The position numbers and the translations under genes are program-made. 64,000 nucleotides of DNA from Geosiphon pyriformis uo1. Lineage: Eukaryota > Fungi > Glomeromycota. Where the stretch lies: assembly GCA_016748015.1 (NCBI GenBank), contig JAAOMT010000128.1, positions 1,247,538-1,311,537 of the forward strand, read 5' to 3'. Position 1 is the first letter of the stretch. The number at the start of each line of letters is the position of its first letter. Under the pieces are notes generated by a model, which saw only the letters and a list, made by a program, of their open reading frames with translations, was not told the DNA's origin and searched no databases. Of this stretch, positions 1-12,960 are shown piece after piece.

Positions 1-289
1 TAATACTTTTATATTATTTTAAATTCAAAAAAATTTAAAATACAAATTTAATATTGTTTTTTGTGATTAAATTTAATTTAATTCTTAAAATTAAATAATT
101 TAATAGATTAATTAAATAAAAACATATATAATATATTTTATTTTGCTTTTAGAATTTTTTTTTTTTTTTACATTTATTGAGTGAAGTCCAAACACTACCT
201 AATGAAATACATCAAATAATTAATCTAAATTAAGCACAAATCATGTGTTTTCCATACATGACCAGCCATTTAGGCCAATCATGACAACA

Positions 290-3200
290 TTAAGCACTTA
301 TACTAACAGAAACCACATCAAAAGCATTAGAAATAAACAAACTAAACCTACGAAAACCGAAACTAACACCTAAGGCTACATCAATACCCAACAATCTGAT
401 AACCCCAGCAGAGTAAACAAAAGATAGGCCAGATTTAGAATTAAACAAAGAACTGTTACGAGGGATCAAGTTATGCTTTTCTATAAAGGCACGATGCTTA
501 GCATAAACTGACCAAATCTCATCCCTAAAAGCGAAACACAGAGCACACACAAAGTTCACAACCTTCACTTCAGCACTCTTAGAATCACCAAACATGAAGA
601 CCGCTTCATGAAACCACCTCTTAAAAACAAATCCTTTGCACAAGGCAATATAGAACAAAGTGTTCAAAACACAAGAGGACAAAAATTGTAACACACTAAA
701 AGTGGAATGACAAAGGCCGGAAATATTCTCCCAAATCATTGCGTAGTCCTCCAGAAGATGAACATGAGTAGCAGTATCAGCATCACAGAAAAAAACATGG
801 TCAGAGACCTCCACACAGCCACAAAATAAGCAGATCACACTTGGGTAACCTCTATCATAAAGGTGTTTGCAAACAGTGATAGGCAGCCTGCGATGTAAAG
901 CTTTCATGAAATATGTGCGAATGCCAGCAGTGCATTTACTAGTAGGACCAGCAGCCATATGTGAATTAGGATGCCAGACAGAGGCAGACCTCCACCAATT
1001 AATGTCCGCCAACAAATCTTGAGTAACAACATTGGTGCCTGAACCATACTTCCAGCACAGACAATGAATAGAATGAAAAATGTCATGAATGAAATGTCTA
1101 GAATTACCTGAAACAATATTATCACCAGCCAAGATATATCTTTCATTCAACCAGGAGGAAAGAATCAAATTAGAGGAAGTAGCATGGCCAGCCAGCTCAT
1201 TAGCATGGTCGTTGCCAAAATTACCAGAATGGTCTTTAACCTTATGTCAGGTGATTTTCAACCTCTTTGAGTGTACAAGATTTGCAATATGATGGTGTTC
1301 TACTCAACAGTGATTACAAAAATCTGGATGAGACACACTTAATTCAAATCTGTAAGCATCCAATGCTGCCTGACTGTCCGAGAACAAACTAACACTACTA
1401 AACACTGGAACACACTTGAGGGTAAGTGCTATTGCCTGCAATTCTGCTAGTGTAAATGACATCAAATCTGAAACCTTGACTCCCATACCTATGTTAATGT
1501 CATCAAAGAAAACCGCTGCACCAGACCTTATGTTAACAGACCCCAAGCCAGACAAAGAACCATCTGTGTACACTGAGATGCAACCAGCACTCAGACCAGA
1601 TAAGTGATCATGAACCAAACCAAACTCAATGGAATTCAAAATACTAGAGACATCAGCATTACCCAACAATGGATTTTGCACAGAAGAAGCTATCATATTA
1701 CCCAGAAATTTAATAGACAAGATGAACCACTCAGGAATAAGGCCATGTGGATCCAGCCTTTTTCAATGCTTAAAAGTCACCCACTTAAAAACACCACCTT
1801 TATGACCACATAATTGTTTCACAAAGACAATACCATACTGCCGAAGTGAAGGAAGACACCTGGAGAAATTTGACTCACCAAGCACCAAAAACATGGGAGT
1901 ACCATCGTGAAACCAGAATGCACTGGGTCCAGCATCGCTTAAAGATAAACTGCAATCTCTAAATATATGAATGACACCCGCTAAAAAGTTGTTTGTGAGG
2001 CTAATTTTCAAATAAGCCAGAAACACCAAAGGATGAATAGGATGCCAGCTTAAAACCTGTAATTCATAAGATCTATGAAGAAACAGACATCCCAAAATTC
2101 CACCAGAATTGGCAAAACTCACCACAGATGCTGACTTGCATTCAGCTTGAATTTGCTTAAAAGTTTTTAAACCATAAAGGAATGAGTGATGGAATGCATT
2201 ATTAGGGAAATCCCAGAGCAGTCCAGCTTTGAATTTGAGGCCTTTGCAAATCAAGGCATTCCATTTACTACAAACATTAAGAGAGACAAAGCTAAATTGA
2301 GTTCTATAACTGACAATAGAATGAAGAACCACTAAAACCAGATATGAAAACTGTTTGTCAGAGATAGCTTTTCTTAGCACAGGATTGGCAAAAAATCAGA
2401 CATCTGAATGAGCTTTGGCCAAACTGGGTTGTGACAAGCTTTCAGTCGAGAGAAAAATGCCCAAGTAATGATAAGGTTCCCCTTTTTTGGCCACCAAAAT
2501 AGGAGCACCACTGATTAATAAAGAAGGATTTACAACTCTGCAGTTGATGGAAATGGCCACTGTCTTATCATTGTTGATAGAAATATCATTAATCTGAAAG
2601 AACTCACTGGCAATATTAAGAATGTATTGTGTCGCAACCTGATTGCTACCAATCCAGATTGTATCATCCATGAAAGCACCAACAGCAAAAAAAGATGTTG
2701 ACCCAGCTTGAGACTTCACATGGCCTGTCTTAGCAACAAAATGAGAATTCAGCCTATAACCACACACACTTTCCTGTCTCTTGACTTCACACAAAAGAGG
2801 ATCATAAAATATATGCCAAAGAAGAAGTGAAAACACTTCTCTCTGGTCCAAGCCATCATGCACACAATAACCATCTGTTAACCCAAAATTGGTTATTATC
2901 CAGTTGGTATGACCACCATGAATACCCCCAAAAAACCAAATAAACTTGCTATACATTTTGATTCTAATTAAACTCTTCTTAAGATGATCTCAACCAACTA
3001 AGTCGTATGCCTTTCGCATGTCTTGCAAAACTAACCAGAGCTCCCAGTTCTTCTCAAGAGCATCCTCGACCACCAAACCAATTGCAAAAATGGGAGACTA
3101 AGTCATAGTGCCTTTGAGCACTGAAAAATTGTTCTCATGAAGAATGTCAAACTTGTTACAAGCCAAAAAAATCCTATCAAAGAAAATTTTGGACAGAATT

Positions 3201-4978
3201 TTCCAAGCTGTTTCAATTAAAACAATAGGACAAGTGTTCATGAATATGCCCTCCTAATTATAAGGTTTGGAAATTATCGAAACCCAAGCCTCCTTCCAGA
3301 CTCTGGGCACAGATTCACCAGAAAGACAAGAGTTAATGAGCACCAAGAGCATACCAAGAACCAAAATGTTACAATGCTTCCAAAGTTCATTGGAAATGCC
3401 CAACAGACCAGTAGCTTTGCTGTCAGGCAGGTTTGAGACCACACCAAACAGTTCATCAAAACCCACGCAGCTCATGACATCAGAAAAAGCACTATCAAAA
3501 ACATGGTTCAAAGGCCAATATTGACGAGACCAGTTTTCCAGGATATCAAGAACCATACCACATTTTCGAGTCCAATCTTCCATAATCTTATCTACCTTAA
3601 ATTTGATAGGGTCCGGTTCCAAAATTAGCTCATCACCTATGACCAAATAATCTAAGACCACCTTGTGAAAAGATCTTTCCAAAACACTTCTGATAATGTG
3701 ACTCTTGTTAGACACAAAGCTCTCCATCTTCTTCTCAATAGCAGATCTGATTTGTGATTCCTTGGTTCGTTTAGATTCTGACAACTTTGAAGCACAATAA
3801 AATTTTCTGACTTTGGACAGAACTGAATGAATGTTATTAAAGAATAAATCAAAGAGAAAGAGAGACCTAATCATGACCACATTGTCGAAATCGAGTAACT
3901 CCCAAGTATTGAGCAATGAAACAAAATTGTCATTATTAACCAAATGGGAGGCCCTAACCAATTTAGATATCAGAAGTTCCAGCTTGTGGAACCTGGACAA
4001 ACTCTTGGTGAAAACTCCATCATATTTCTTAACCCATTTTTTTTTGAAAACTTCATCTGCCGAAAAGCACATTGTCTTACAAATAACATCTCACATGGCA
4101 TCCAAATCTGAAAGCTCATTGGCAGCCACGAAATCATTAGAAAACATAGCAGTGTTTACCACCATCACCTCCCTGAATTTTAACCATAAAGCAGTGTCAG
4201 CATTTTTGAAGTTATACTTCCAATGGTCCTTGTTGGTCTGTTTACGAAGTGAACAGAGATGTGTGTCCAGCAAATCACCCAAACCAACCAATACAGAAAT
4301 AGATTGGTGATCAGTATCAAAGAATTCACCAACATTCAGAACACCATGATTCACTATTGCATTAACCAAATTAGAAGAAACAAATATGTAATCTATTGTC
4401 TTTGCCACATTTTTAGAATTGCTCTATGTTGAAGCTCTTAGAAAATTATTACCAATGAAAAAGTTGACCAAGCCCAAGCTATCACACTTCTTAAAGCTGG
4501 CACTCTTGTGAGAGCCATTTTCATTAAAATTGCCACCCAAAATCACCAAAAAAAATTCATTTACAGCTTTAGAAATCAAGGCGTTCACATTACTTGCTTG
4601 CAAAAAGTGTGTTAACAGTAAAGCACCAGCATACAGACCCAAAACAGAAACCGAAAGTTTATTTTTGAAAAGCAGCCTAACAGAAAGAAGACGACCGGGT
4701 ATCTTAGAGATCTTGCATACATGTTTTGTCAGAGCAATATTCATAACTATTGCCACACCAGAACCTAAATAACCAGAATTCAGACTGGAAACAAATACAT
4801 GTACTCCAGGAAATCTATTAGCAATCCAAGAATGAATTCTACCCTTTAATTTTGTTTCGGTAATTATTGAGATCATATTGTCCATTTCCTTATGCCAACA
4901 AATGACATCAGCTTGCTTAGCAGGATTGTTCATCCCTCTAATGTTGCACATAGCAATTTTCCACACAAAACTACTCAT
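290..4978 (-). pseudogene. LINE A ORF2: APE endonuclease, reverse transcriptase, RNase H, C-terminal Zn finger
   Basis: APE motifs CNIRG..ETKL, LGGNFNE, TIDYIFVS, DTDH. RT motifs KATGLLGISNELWKH, DMRKAYD, GLDQREVFS, AFMDDT, YLGIFL. RNase H motifs VYTDGS, AELQAI, FSDSQAA, KVKDHSGNFGNDHANELA. Zn finger CLFCGCVEVSDHVFFC. Confidence 0.92.
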
Positions 4979-6819
4979 TGAAGTAAAAAAAAAACCACAG
5001 AACCCGAGCCAGTACACATCTAATCTAACTCCTCCAAAACTGAACAAACTAAAGCCTCGAGGGCCATCAACTTTGACTCCAAACAGCCCACTTTTGAGAT
5101 CAAAATTTTTAAACTACTTGAACCTAATTCTGAAGTACTAGAGGAAACCAAAGAGGAGGGAAGAAGTATTGGCTTAGGATCATTCAGAGCCATGTCCGAA
5201 TTAATCTCCACATTTGCCACAACTGGGACCACCAAATTCTGAAAAGAGGTGGTAAGAGCTGGGGGCACCAAGACCAAATTTTCAAGTTTGCTCACAATAT
5301 CAGACACTTTATCCACAAGAAGCTCCACAAAACACTCCAAAGAAGCAAGATGAGCCTCCAAAGATGTACTAGCAGGAACCATATGAGGAAAGAAACTAAT
5401 CACATCTAAAGCATCAGAAGAGAAGGAGTCAAAACCAGGATCAAAACCAAAGCGAGGATTATTAGATAAGGATGCAAGAGAGACTACTTGGGCCCATGAT
5501 TTGCCACCAAAAGCAACCAGACGAGAAATAAGCACACATTTTTTCACATACAAATGGGCCAACTGGAAGCAGTTTTCATCAAAGACAACCCTTTTAAAAG
5601 AATTGGAAGACACAGAAATAGAAGTGATCTCAGCATCACACTTCAAAGCAGAGTGGCCAAATTTCCCACACTGTTCGCACCAAACCAGATCCAATCTAGT
5701 CCAAGAAAGCCTTATACTGCCAAGAATTGGTTCCGTGTAAAAAACAAACTTCAACAATTTGTCAGACACAAAGCCAACCACAGCATAGCAAAATTTATTT
5801 CCAGTCTCCAAAGAACAGTTGATTATGCAAGTTTTATTACCAGCCCCATCCAATAAATCACCAAAATTATGGGCAGTCATCTCTACTGGCAAAGTAAACA
5901 AAAGCACTCTGAACTGATCTTTAGACACCCAAGTTTCATGATCACCTACTGCCATAGCCACACAAACTGAGTCTTTACCAATTAGAAAAGACCACTTAAC
6001 AGCCAAAAACACAGCCTGTTCTAATTCGGCAAATTCTACCACAGTCTTCTGCCATAAACCAATAAGTTGGATTTTGATTAACTTAATTTGTCCAAACTTG
6101 GATACTGTGGTGACAATCATTTTTTTTGGTGTATCTATGGAAATTTCCTTGATTACTATGGTCTGATCTGAGCGAATTCTTTGTCTTTTAAGATTGCTGT
6201 TTACTATGATGTTATTTTTTCTGGCCAATGACACGGCCTTTTTCATGTTTTCTGATAAAGTAAACATTGATCTGATGATCCTTTCAAATTTTGAGAGGAT
6301 AGTGGCCCCCCCAAAACCATTGATTCCTGAAAATAATCTTCTTATAACCTGAGTTTTGGTCATTGCCAATTTCTCTTTTACAGCCAAAAGATTGATGTCC
6401 AAAGCAAAAGATTTTTTTACAGCTACTTCCACCTAAGTTTTAATGATTTTGGGATCAATCCACATCTTATCCAAAGAGAAAGACTTATGGGGAGGAAAAA
6501 AAACCTCTTCTTTCTTCTCCATGTCATAATTAATAGAGCCAAGGGGGGAGCCAATAATCGCACCATTATTGAAATGCTTGGCTTGGGGTGTATTCATCTT
6601 GGAATCAGATACTCTTTCATCTTCGGAAGCCTCCCCATCAGTATTCATGCTATTAAACTGCCCGACTACTTGACCAGACCCACTACCTTTGAGAGTCGCA
6701 TCATTACTTGATAGCTTAGTACCACTGGGAGGTTTCTTGATCTTATGACTTGAACCACTACCAACTGAACCAGAAGTTGAAACTCTGATTGACCTTCTTT
6801 TAGCACCAGTATCACTCAT
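4975..6819 (-). pseudogene. LINE A ORF1 (RRM-like region, CCHC knuckle, coiled coil)
   Basis: ORFs 6433-6906 and 5020-6432 are in one frame split by TAG. Contains SKFGQIKLIKIQLIGLWQK (RRM-like) and CEQCGKFGHSALKC. The natural stop TGA overlaps the ORF2 ATG. Confidence 0.88.
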
Positions 6820-7469
6820 GGGAGCAGCCAGATCAACAACAAAAGGATTTGTTTCTTGTAAAGTATCAGAAGACAGTATAAAATAACAGAAAAAAACTTC
6901 TTTCAAATTATGACTCTTTTTTAGGAATTTGGGACAAAGGAGAGAAAGAAGTTTTTTATTTTAGAATTAGTAAAAATTAACTAAATAATTACAATTAAAA
7001 CAAAAAATAAAAAAGTTGCAATTTTTTATTTTTTAAAACAATTAATAATATTTTTATTAATAAAATATTTATAATTGTAAAAAATATTTTTCTTAAATAA
7101 AATAATAGTTAATTAGCTTTTGTTAATTTAAAAACACTATTTTTATTTTTAATTTGAAGTTTTTTTTTAAAAATTCTTTTAAAAAAATTAGATTACAAAA
7201 CAGCTAAAACCATATATAAAAATTGTTTATTAAACAACATTTTTCTAAGAATCATAATTGAAAAAAACTTAATATCTAAATATACTTTGATAAGATTTAA
7301 TTTAAACATATTTTTTGTTAATAAAAAATTCTTAAGTATTTGTAAGATTTTATCATGTTTAATAATAATATTATGGTTGAAATCCATACTTTTTATTAGT
7401 TATTACATATATTAATCACTAATATTATATAATTAGTCATCTTATTTTTAGATAATAATCATTAATTTA

Positions 7470-7586
7470 ATCAATAATCTGACTATTAACCTGATTATTA
7501 ATCTGATTAATAATCTAATCAATAACTTGATCATTGACCTAATTGTTGATTTGATTATTGACTTGACTATTAACCTAATCATTAAC
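7470..7586. repeat. Degenerate 12-bp minisatellite (~9 units, TRAYYTRAYYAW-like)
   Basis: taatctgactat taacctgattat taatctgattaa taatctaatcaa taacttgatcat tgacctaattgt tgatttgattat tgacttgactat taacctaatcat. The minus strand reads as (N/D/S-Q-V/I-N)n. Confidence 0.75.
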
Positions 7587-7934
7587 TATTTTCAATAGTT
7601 ATATAAACAATAAATCTCTTAACTGTAAAAAAAAATGATCAAAATAATGAAATAAAACTCACTATTAATTACTTCCTCTTATATTGCTTATTTTTTTTCT
7701 TTACTTTCAAGTATCTGAACATCTTGAGATAAAAAATTATTTGTTGGTATTAACATATATTATCTTTTCCTCTTTTTTGATTTGTATTATTAGAATTAAT
7801 CTAAAAATGATTGCTTGCTTTTGTGATTTATTGAATAAAATGTTATTTGTTACAACCAAAACAATTAAAACAAATAAACTTAGAAAATTTAGATCTACTT
7901 TAATATATATAACTAAGAATATTATTCAACAATT

Positions 7935-9293
7935 TTACTAATATCTTTGTTAATAAAAACAAATTTGGCAGAACTAACATTATCTAACACCAAATCAAAC
8001 CTGAAAATAGAATGCCAATTAAACAAAGAGCATACAGAGTATTACTAGCCAGTCATATAATTATCTGACAAGAAATCAACAAAATATTAAACAACAAGTT
8101 AATTCAATCATTAATAAGTTTATGTTTATTATCAGTAGTACTTGTTCAAAAAATAGAAAGATCTACTTTTGTGTGAATTACTAAAAACTCAATAGTATTA
8201 TTTGTAAAGACAGTATCTGATTTTATAAATTCAGGAGTTATTTGATGCTTTTGAAAAGAAGAAATAATTTTCTATATTGAACTTAAATAACAATTATTGA
8301 CAAATAGCCATGAATTCAGCTAACAAAAAAAGACAACATTTACTACTAGAGAAAAGAATTTCAAATTTGACATTATGCTATTTGACTTAACTAATGCTCC
8401 AGCCATTTTTCAACAGCTCATGAAAATTATCTACACCAAATTATTATAGAAATCTATAATAGTCTACTTGAATAACATTAATGTGTTTTCAGAAATATTT
8501 GATAATTATTTTCATTATCTTCAACAAGTGTTTAAAAGATTAAGACAAGCAAATCTAAAGTTAAATACCACTAAATATTTCTTTGAGAAAACTGAACTCA
8601 AGTTTTTGGGCCATATTATAAGCAAAAATAGCATAAAAACAAATCCAAACAAGATTGAGATAGTCAAAAACTTTTCAGTACTAACAAATCTTATAAAACT
8701 AAAAACATTCTTGGAATTTGCTAAATACTATTGTTACTTTATCCAAACCTTTTTCAAACTAGCACAACCATTCTACCAGCTCTAAGCAAAAAACATTAAA
8801 TATAAATAAACTAAAACCCAACAAAAAACTTTTAATATCTTAAAAAAAAAGTTCATTCAAGTCTTAGTATTAATCTATTCAGATTATAATAAGCTATTTA
8901 TTATTATTACTAATGTATTTGGTTAAATATTGAGAACTGTATTATCACAAAAAGGAGTAAATAAACAAAAACATCTAGTAATATATGTCAATCAAAGTTT
9001 AAATTTAGCCAAAAAAAACTATAGAATTCTAGTATTGAAACACTTAGCTATTTATTGGACTGTTATCAAATGGAAAAAATACTTAAGCCAAAAGTTTGAT
9101 GCATACATTAATCACAAAGAATTGACATCAATTCAGAAGCAAAAATTTGAAAACAATTGCCATGCAAGATAAAAAATAGAACTATTACTATTTAATTATA
9201 CAGTACATTATAAAAAAAAAAAATACTAATAATTTATTACAAATAAAACAAATCTAAACATTTCAATTCAAAAATATAACAAAAAATAAACAC
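7935..9293 (+). pseudogene. Older Ty3/gypsy pol relic (RT-RNase H), same family as 9294-19527
   Basis: Collinear with ~15120-16527 (PIKQRAYRV, YLNNINVFS for YLDD, LKFLGHII, AIYWTVIKWKKYL). Ends abruptly at the LTR start. Confidence 0.9.
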
Positions 9294-10145
9294 TGTTACT
9301 CATAGAATATAGGAAATATATTAGTATATAAATTAACCAATTAGAAGTAACTGTAGTAAATGTGGAATTCCAGAATTCCTCTCAAGAGAAATTGCAGAAT
9401 TCCAGGAATTTCAGGATTCTTGTACAAGGAATTGCAGAATTCCAGAATTCCTCTTAAAAGGAATTGTAGAATTTCAAGAATTGCAGGATTCCTGGTAGGA
9501 AGAATTGAAGAATTAAGGAATCTCAATTATGTATATATAGCAGTAGCATTAGAAATAGAAAAGACAGATCTGCAAGTTTAGATTTGAAAAACAACCTTCC
9601 ATATCAATAAATAATTATTTGTTATCTTAATTCACTCTCCACTATCAACACCACATGTTGATAGTAATTGATACTTAACCATACTGGAACAATAGCTCTT
9701 GATTATGGCTATTAATGGAATATTAACTTGCAACCATCTTGGCTTATTTTTTTTGTCTTTTCTTTATTTTCTTTTATTTTATTTTGTTTTATTGTTGTTC
9801 ACTAATTGATTGAAGATTAAGCACTAAGTTATTAAAGTCAAAGATAGCCTGGTAAAAGACCCCAAAGGAAGGGTATAAAAATTATATATATTAATAGATA
9901 ACTTACCAAAAGGACATCTTTGCCAGATTACTGGCCACTACACTGAGAAAAAAATTCAATAGAATTGCAATTTTGGGAAGCTATAAAAAAGACAACAATT
10001 GAATCTCTGTTCATTATACAAAAGACTTCACAACAAAACCTTCAGATACAACTAATGTACCAATATTACCAATATTATCAAGATATTAAGCACCAAGTTA
10101 CAAATTTGTTATTTGCTTTGAGACCCCAAATAATCAACTATAACA
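9294..10145 (+). repeat. 5' LTR (852 bp)
   Basis: Starts TGTTACTCATAGAATATAGG and ends CTATAACA. Contains a GAATTCCAG/GAATTGCAG repeat array, TATATATA (~9532) and AATAAA (~9606). Confidence 0.88.
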
Positions 10146-10147
10146 TT

Positions 10148-10164
10148 TGGTGCTCTCTGTGAAG
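10148..10164 (+). other. Primer binding site (PBS)
   Basis: TGGTGCTCTCTGTGAAG lies 2 nt after the LTR. It is complementary to a tRNA 3' end ...CACAGAGAGCACCA that resembles elongator Met or Ile(UAU) ends; the identity is uncertain. Confidence 0.75.
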
Positions 10165-10190
10165 TATAATTTTGCAGAAAACTAGCACCA

Positions 10191-12150
10191 ATGACACCCA
10201 TCCCAAAAGTGATAGAATCAGAAAGAATAGGAGCAAACCACTTAAGATTTGCCAAATTCTTGTTTCAAATATACAGCTAACAATTAAGATTAAACAACAA
10301 CTATTATCCAGCAAAATCCACTTTCAACTTTTATGTCAACAATAAAATCACAGACTGCTTAGGAGGAACAGTTAACATTGAATCTACAAGAGAAAATTTC
10401 TATACAGAATTATTTCAACATACCAGCTTACCAAGAAATTACAGTTTCACACCAATCATCAGAGAAATCAATCAAACTATTAAAAAATACACACAACAAC
10501 AATTTCCAATCACCTATGCAGACAAAGGAAAAGGAAGATTACAAACACCAATAGCAACACCAAAAAAGATCCAACCACCTACTTGGAAGAAAACTAGAGT
10601 TGAATCACTAACAAACCCATCATACTACTATACACCCAGAAATGCCATCAACATTTTATCAACAGATGTGTCCACATCACACGCAACATTAACATTTGGA
10701 TGACTCCCATTTCAAAGTAAACAAAAGAAAACAGAATTACTAAGAACCTACGACAATTATTTTGAAGGATTTAAATTGTGATCGCCAATGCCATCAGAAT
10801 TCCGATTACTGTCACCTCAACCAGATTTTGGAAACATGAGTCCCTGAGAGATAACAGAATTAGAAGAAGAAAAAGAAGAAAAAGAAGCCAAAGATTAAGA
10901 ATTTATTTACCAGAAACCAATTTCAGAAGATCCAGACATTAAAACCCCAAACTTTCAGACTCAGTAAAACCCAAATTTAGAAAATCCAGAAATTGAAACT
11001 CCGAACTTCCAAACTTCTCAAAATCCAAACAATACAAATCCCAAAACAATTAATTAGCAAAACTTACTTTCAGTAATCATCATCAATCAACCACTAATTG
11101 AACTGATTCAACAGCAGCCACTTTAATCACTTTAACAACTACAACAGCTGCTTCAACAGCCACAACAACAACTTCAACAACCAAACTTGGATCCAATGGC
11201 CTATGCTCCAATAGTGAAACTGGAGAAGTTCACTGGTAAAGAAAACGATGCCCAAATATGACTCAATAATGTTAAAAAAGCCATCATGGCCAATGGATGG
11301 AATGATATAAGAGCCCTTTAAGCCATCTCTTATTTTTTTCAGGATACTGCTGACTCATAGTATCAAAGCTTAGCCAACAAACACCAGGATTTCAATGCAT
11401 TCAAGCTTGTATTTTTACAATATTTCAGTAATAATAATAGCATTAACTGATTGGCAAACACTTTTACTACTATTAAGCAAAAAAAAATGAAGCAGTTACT
11501 ACTTACTTAGGATACTTTCACAGAAATCTGTGCCAAATCCAGGCCATACAGACTGATTATTTTACAGTACAATAAATCCTAAATCAATTTATCAGAGATC
11601 TGTGCAGTAGCATCCTCCAATGCGTATATCCAATGCATTTAGCAGATCTTCAAGCCGCAGTTACAAATGCCAGAGATTTTGAAGCAGCTGAACTCGAAGC
11701 TAACCATACCCAAGCTGTTAATCTAGTAATGAACAGATCATCTGAATTGGATTCTAAGTTGAAACAATTCAGTGATTCCATCAATCAGAAATTAGAAAGA
11801 TACTTAGCTAACAATTGCACAATTTATTAACCACCACAATGACATCATAATTCTAGAAATGCAAATCGTTTTCAGAATCAGTTGCATCCAACATTCTTAA
11901 CCAATCAACAGTAGCAGCAGGAAATGCATGCTTGCTACTATTGTAGTAAACAAGGACATTTACAGTTTAAATGCCATAAATGGCTAAATAAACAAAAATC
12001 AGACCATCAGTATCAAAACTCTAATCACTAACTACAAATTCAAAATTACATCAATAATTAATCATCAGAATTATATTAACTGAATTACTTACCTATAACA
12101 CAACAGCCAATCTATCAACCACCAATTTATCAATTAACAACACCCATCAT
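10191..12150 (+). pseudogene. Gag (long N-terminal extension, capsid, CCHC knuckle)
   Basis: MAYAPIVKLEKFTGKENDA at ~11196, then ANGWND, ILNQFIRDL, LQAAVTNARDFE. Knuckle CYYCSKQGHLQFKC at 11933-11974. Many stops. Confidence 0.82.
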
Positions 12151-12589
12151 TTATCAACCACAGCCCTAATCCATTTATCAGCTGCAGTCTTAGGTAATTT
12201 ATCAGCCCCAACAAATTCAAACACTGCCACAAAACTTACCTCAAAACGGAACCCAAAGACTGAGACTAACACAACAAAATTGGAGATCATTGATGATAGT
12301 TCATCAACTGATTCCCAGTTCCTCAAACCAGTCATCAGGATCTTGACAACAGAATTTAGGCACTGGAAACTCCCAAAACCCAAATGCCCAACACTATTTA
12401 AGCCTTTTGGTTACTCCAGAAGACACTTCACCCAACAACCGGGAACTCAACCAACACAAATCACTTACCAGCAATATACCTCCAGCCACTGTAACCAACA
12501 ATGAATCACTAGCCACAATTTTTCTATTTGAATTCAAGGAAACCACACCAGTTTCATTATTCAATAGAGCCACTTTTGACACCAAACTG

Positions 12590-12960
12590 ATTACTGCCAT
12601 GTACACTAATGTGAAGATTGATGGTTACGCCATTAAATTGATACTAGATAGTGAATCAGCTGGCAACATTATTACATGACAACTCATGGACCAATTAGGT
12701 CACCGAGTTAATCACACTGCTAGTGCTTGTATAATCACCACTAATAAGACAACTAAAACTTCTATTGGTAAAATTAATAACTTCCTTTTTAAAATTAATG
12801 GCATCATCATTCCCATTAAAGTCCTAGTGATGGAAGCAACTCAATATTAAGCATTAGTAAGAAATAACTGGTTATCTAAAACCAATGCTATACTTGACTG
12901 GATGATGCAAGAGCTCCAACTTATCCAGAACGGTCAACACACATATGTACCAGCCACATG
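12590..12960 (+). pseudogene. Retropepsin aspartic protease
   Basis: VKIDGYAIKLILDSESAGNIIT (the LDSG motif mutated) and a downstream ALVRNNWL flap/helix motif. Confidence 0.82.

Larger units (their letters stand above)
155..6958 (-). mobile_element. Full-length LINE (non-LTR retrotransposon) copy A with ORF1 and APE-RT-RNaseH-Zn finger ORF2, inactivated
   Basis: T15 at 155-169 is the polyA tail. 3' UTR and 5' end are homologous to copy B (49357-56126). Candidate TSD TTTTAGAA at 147-154 and 6959-6966. Both ORFs are recognisable but broken by stops. Confidence 0.93.

Noticed and set aside
1089-6711. Plus-strand ORFs antisense to LINE A (likewise for B, C and host genes)
   Set aside because: Shadow frames of real coding sequence.
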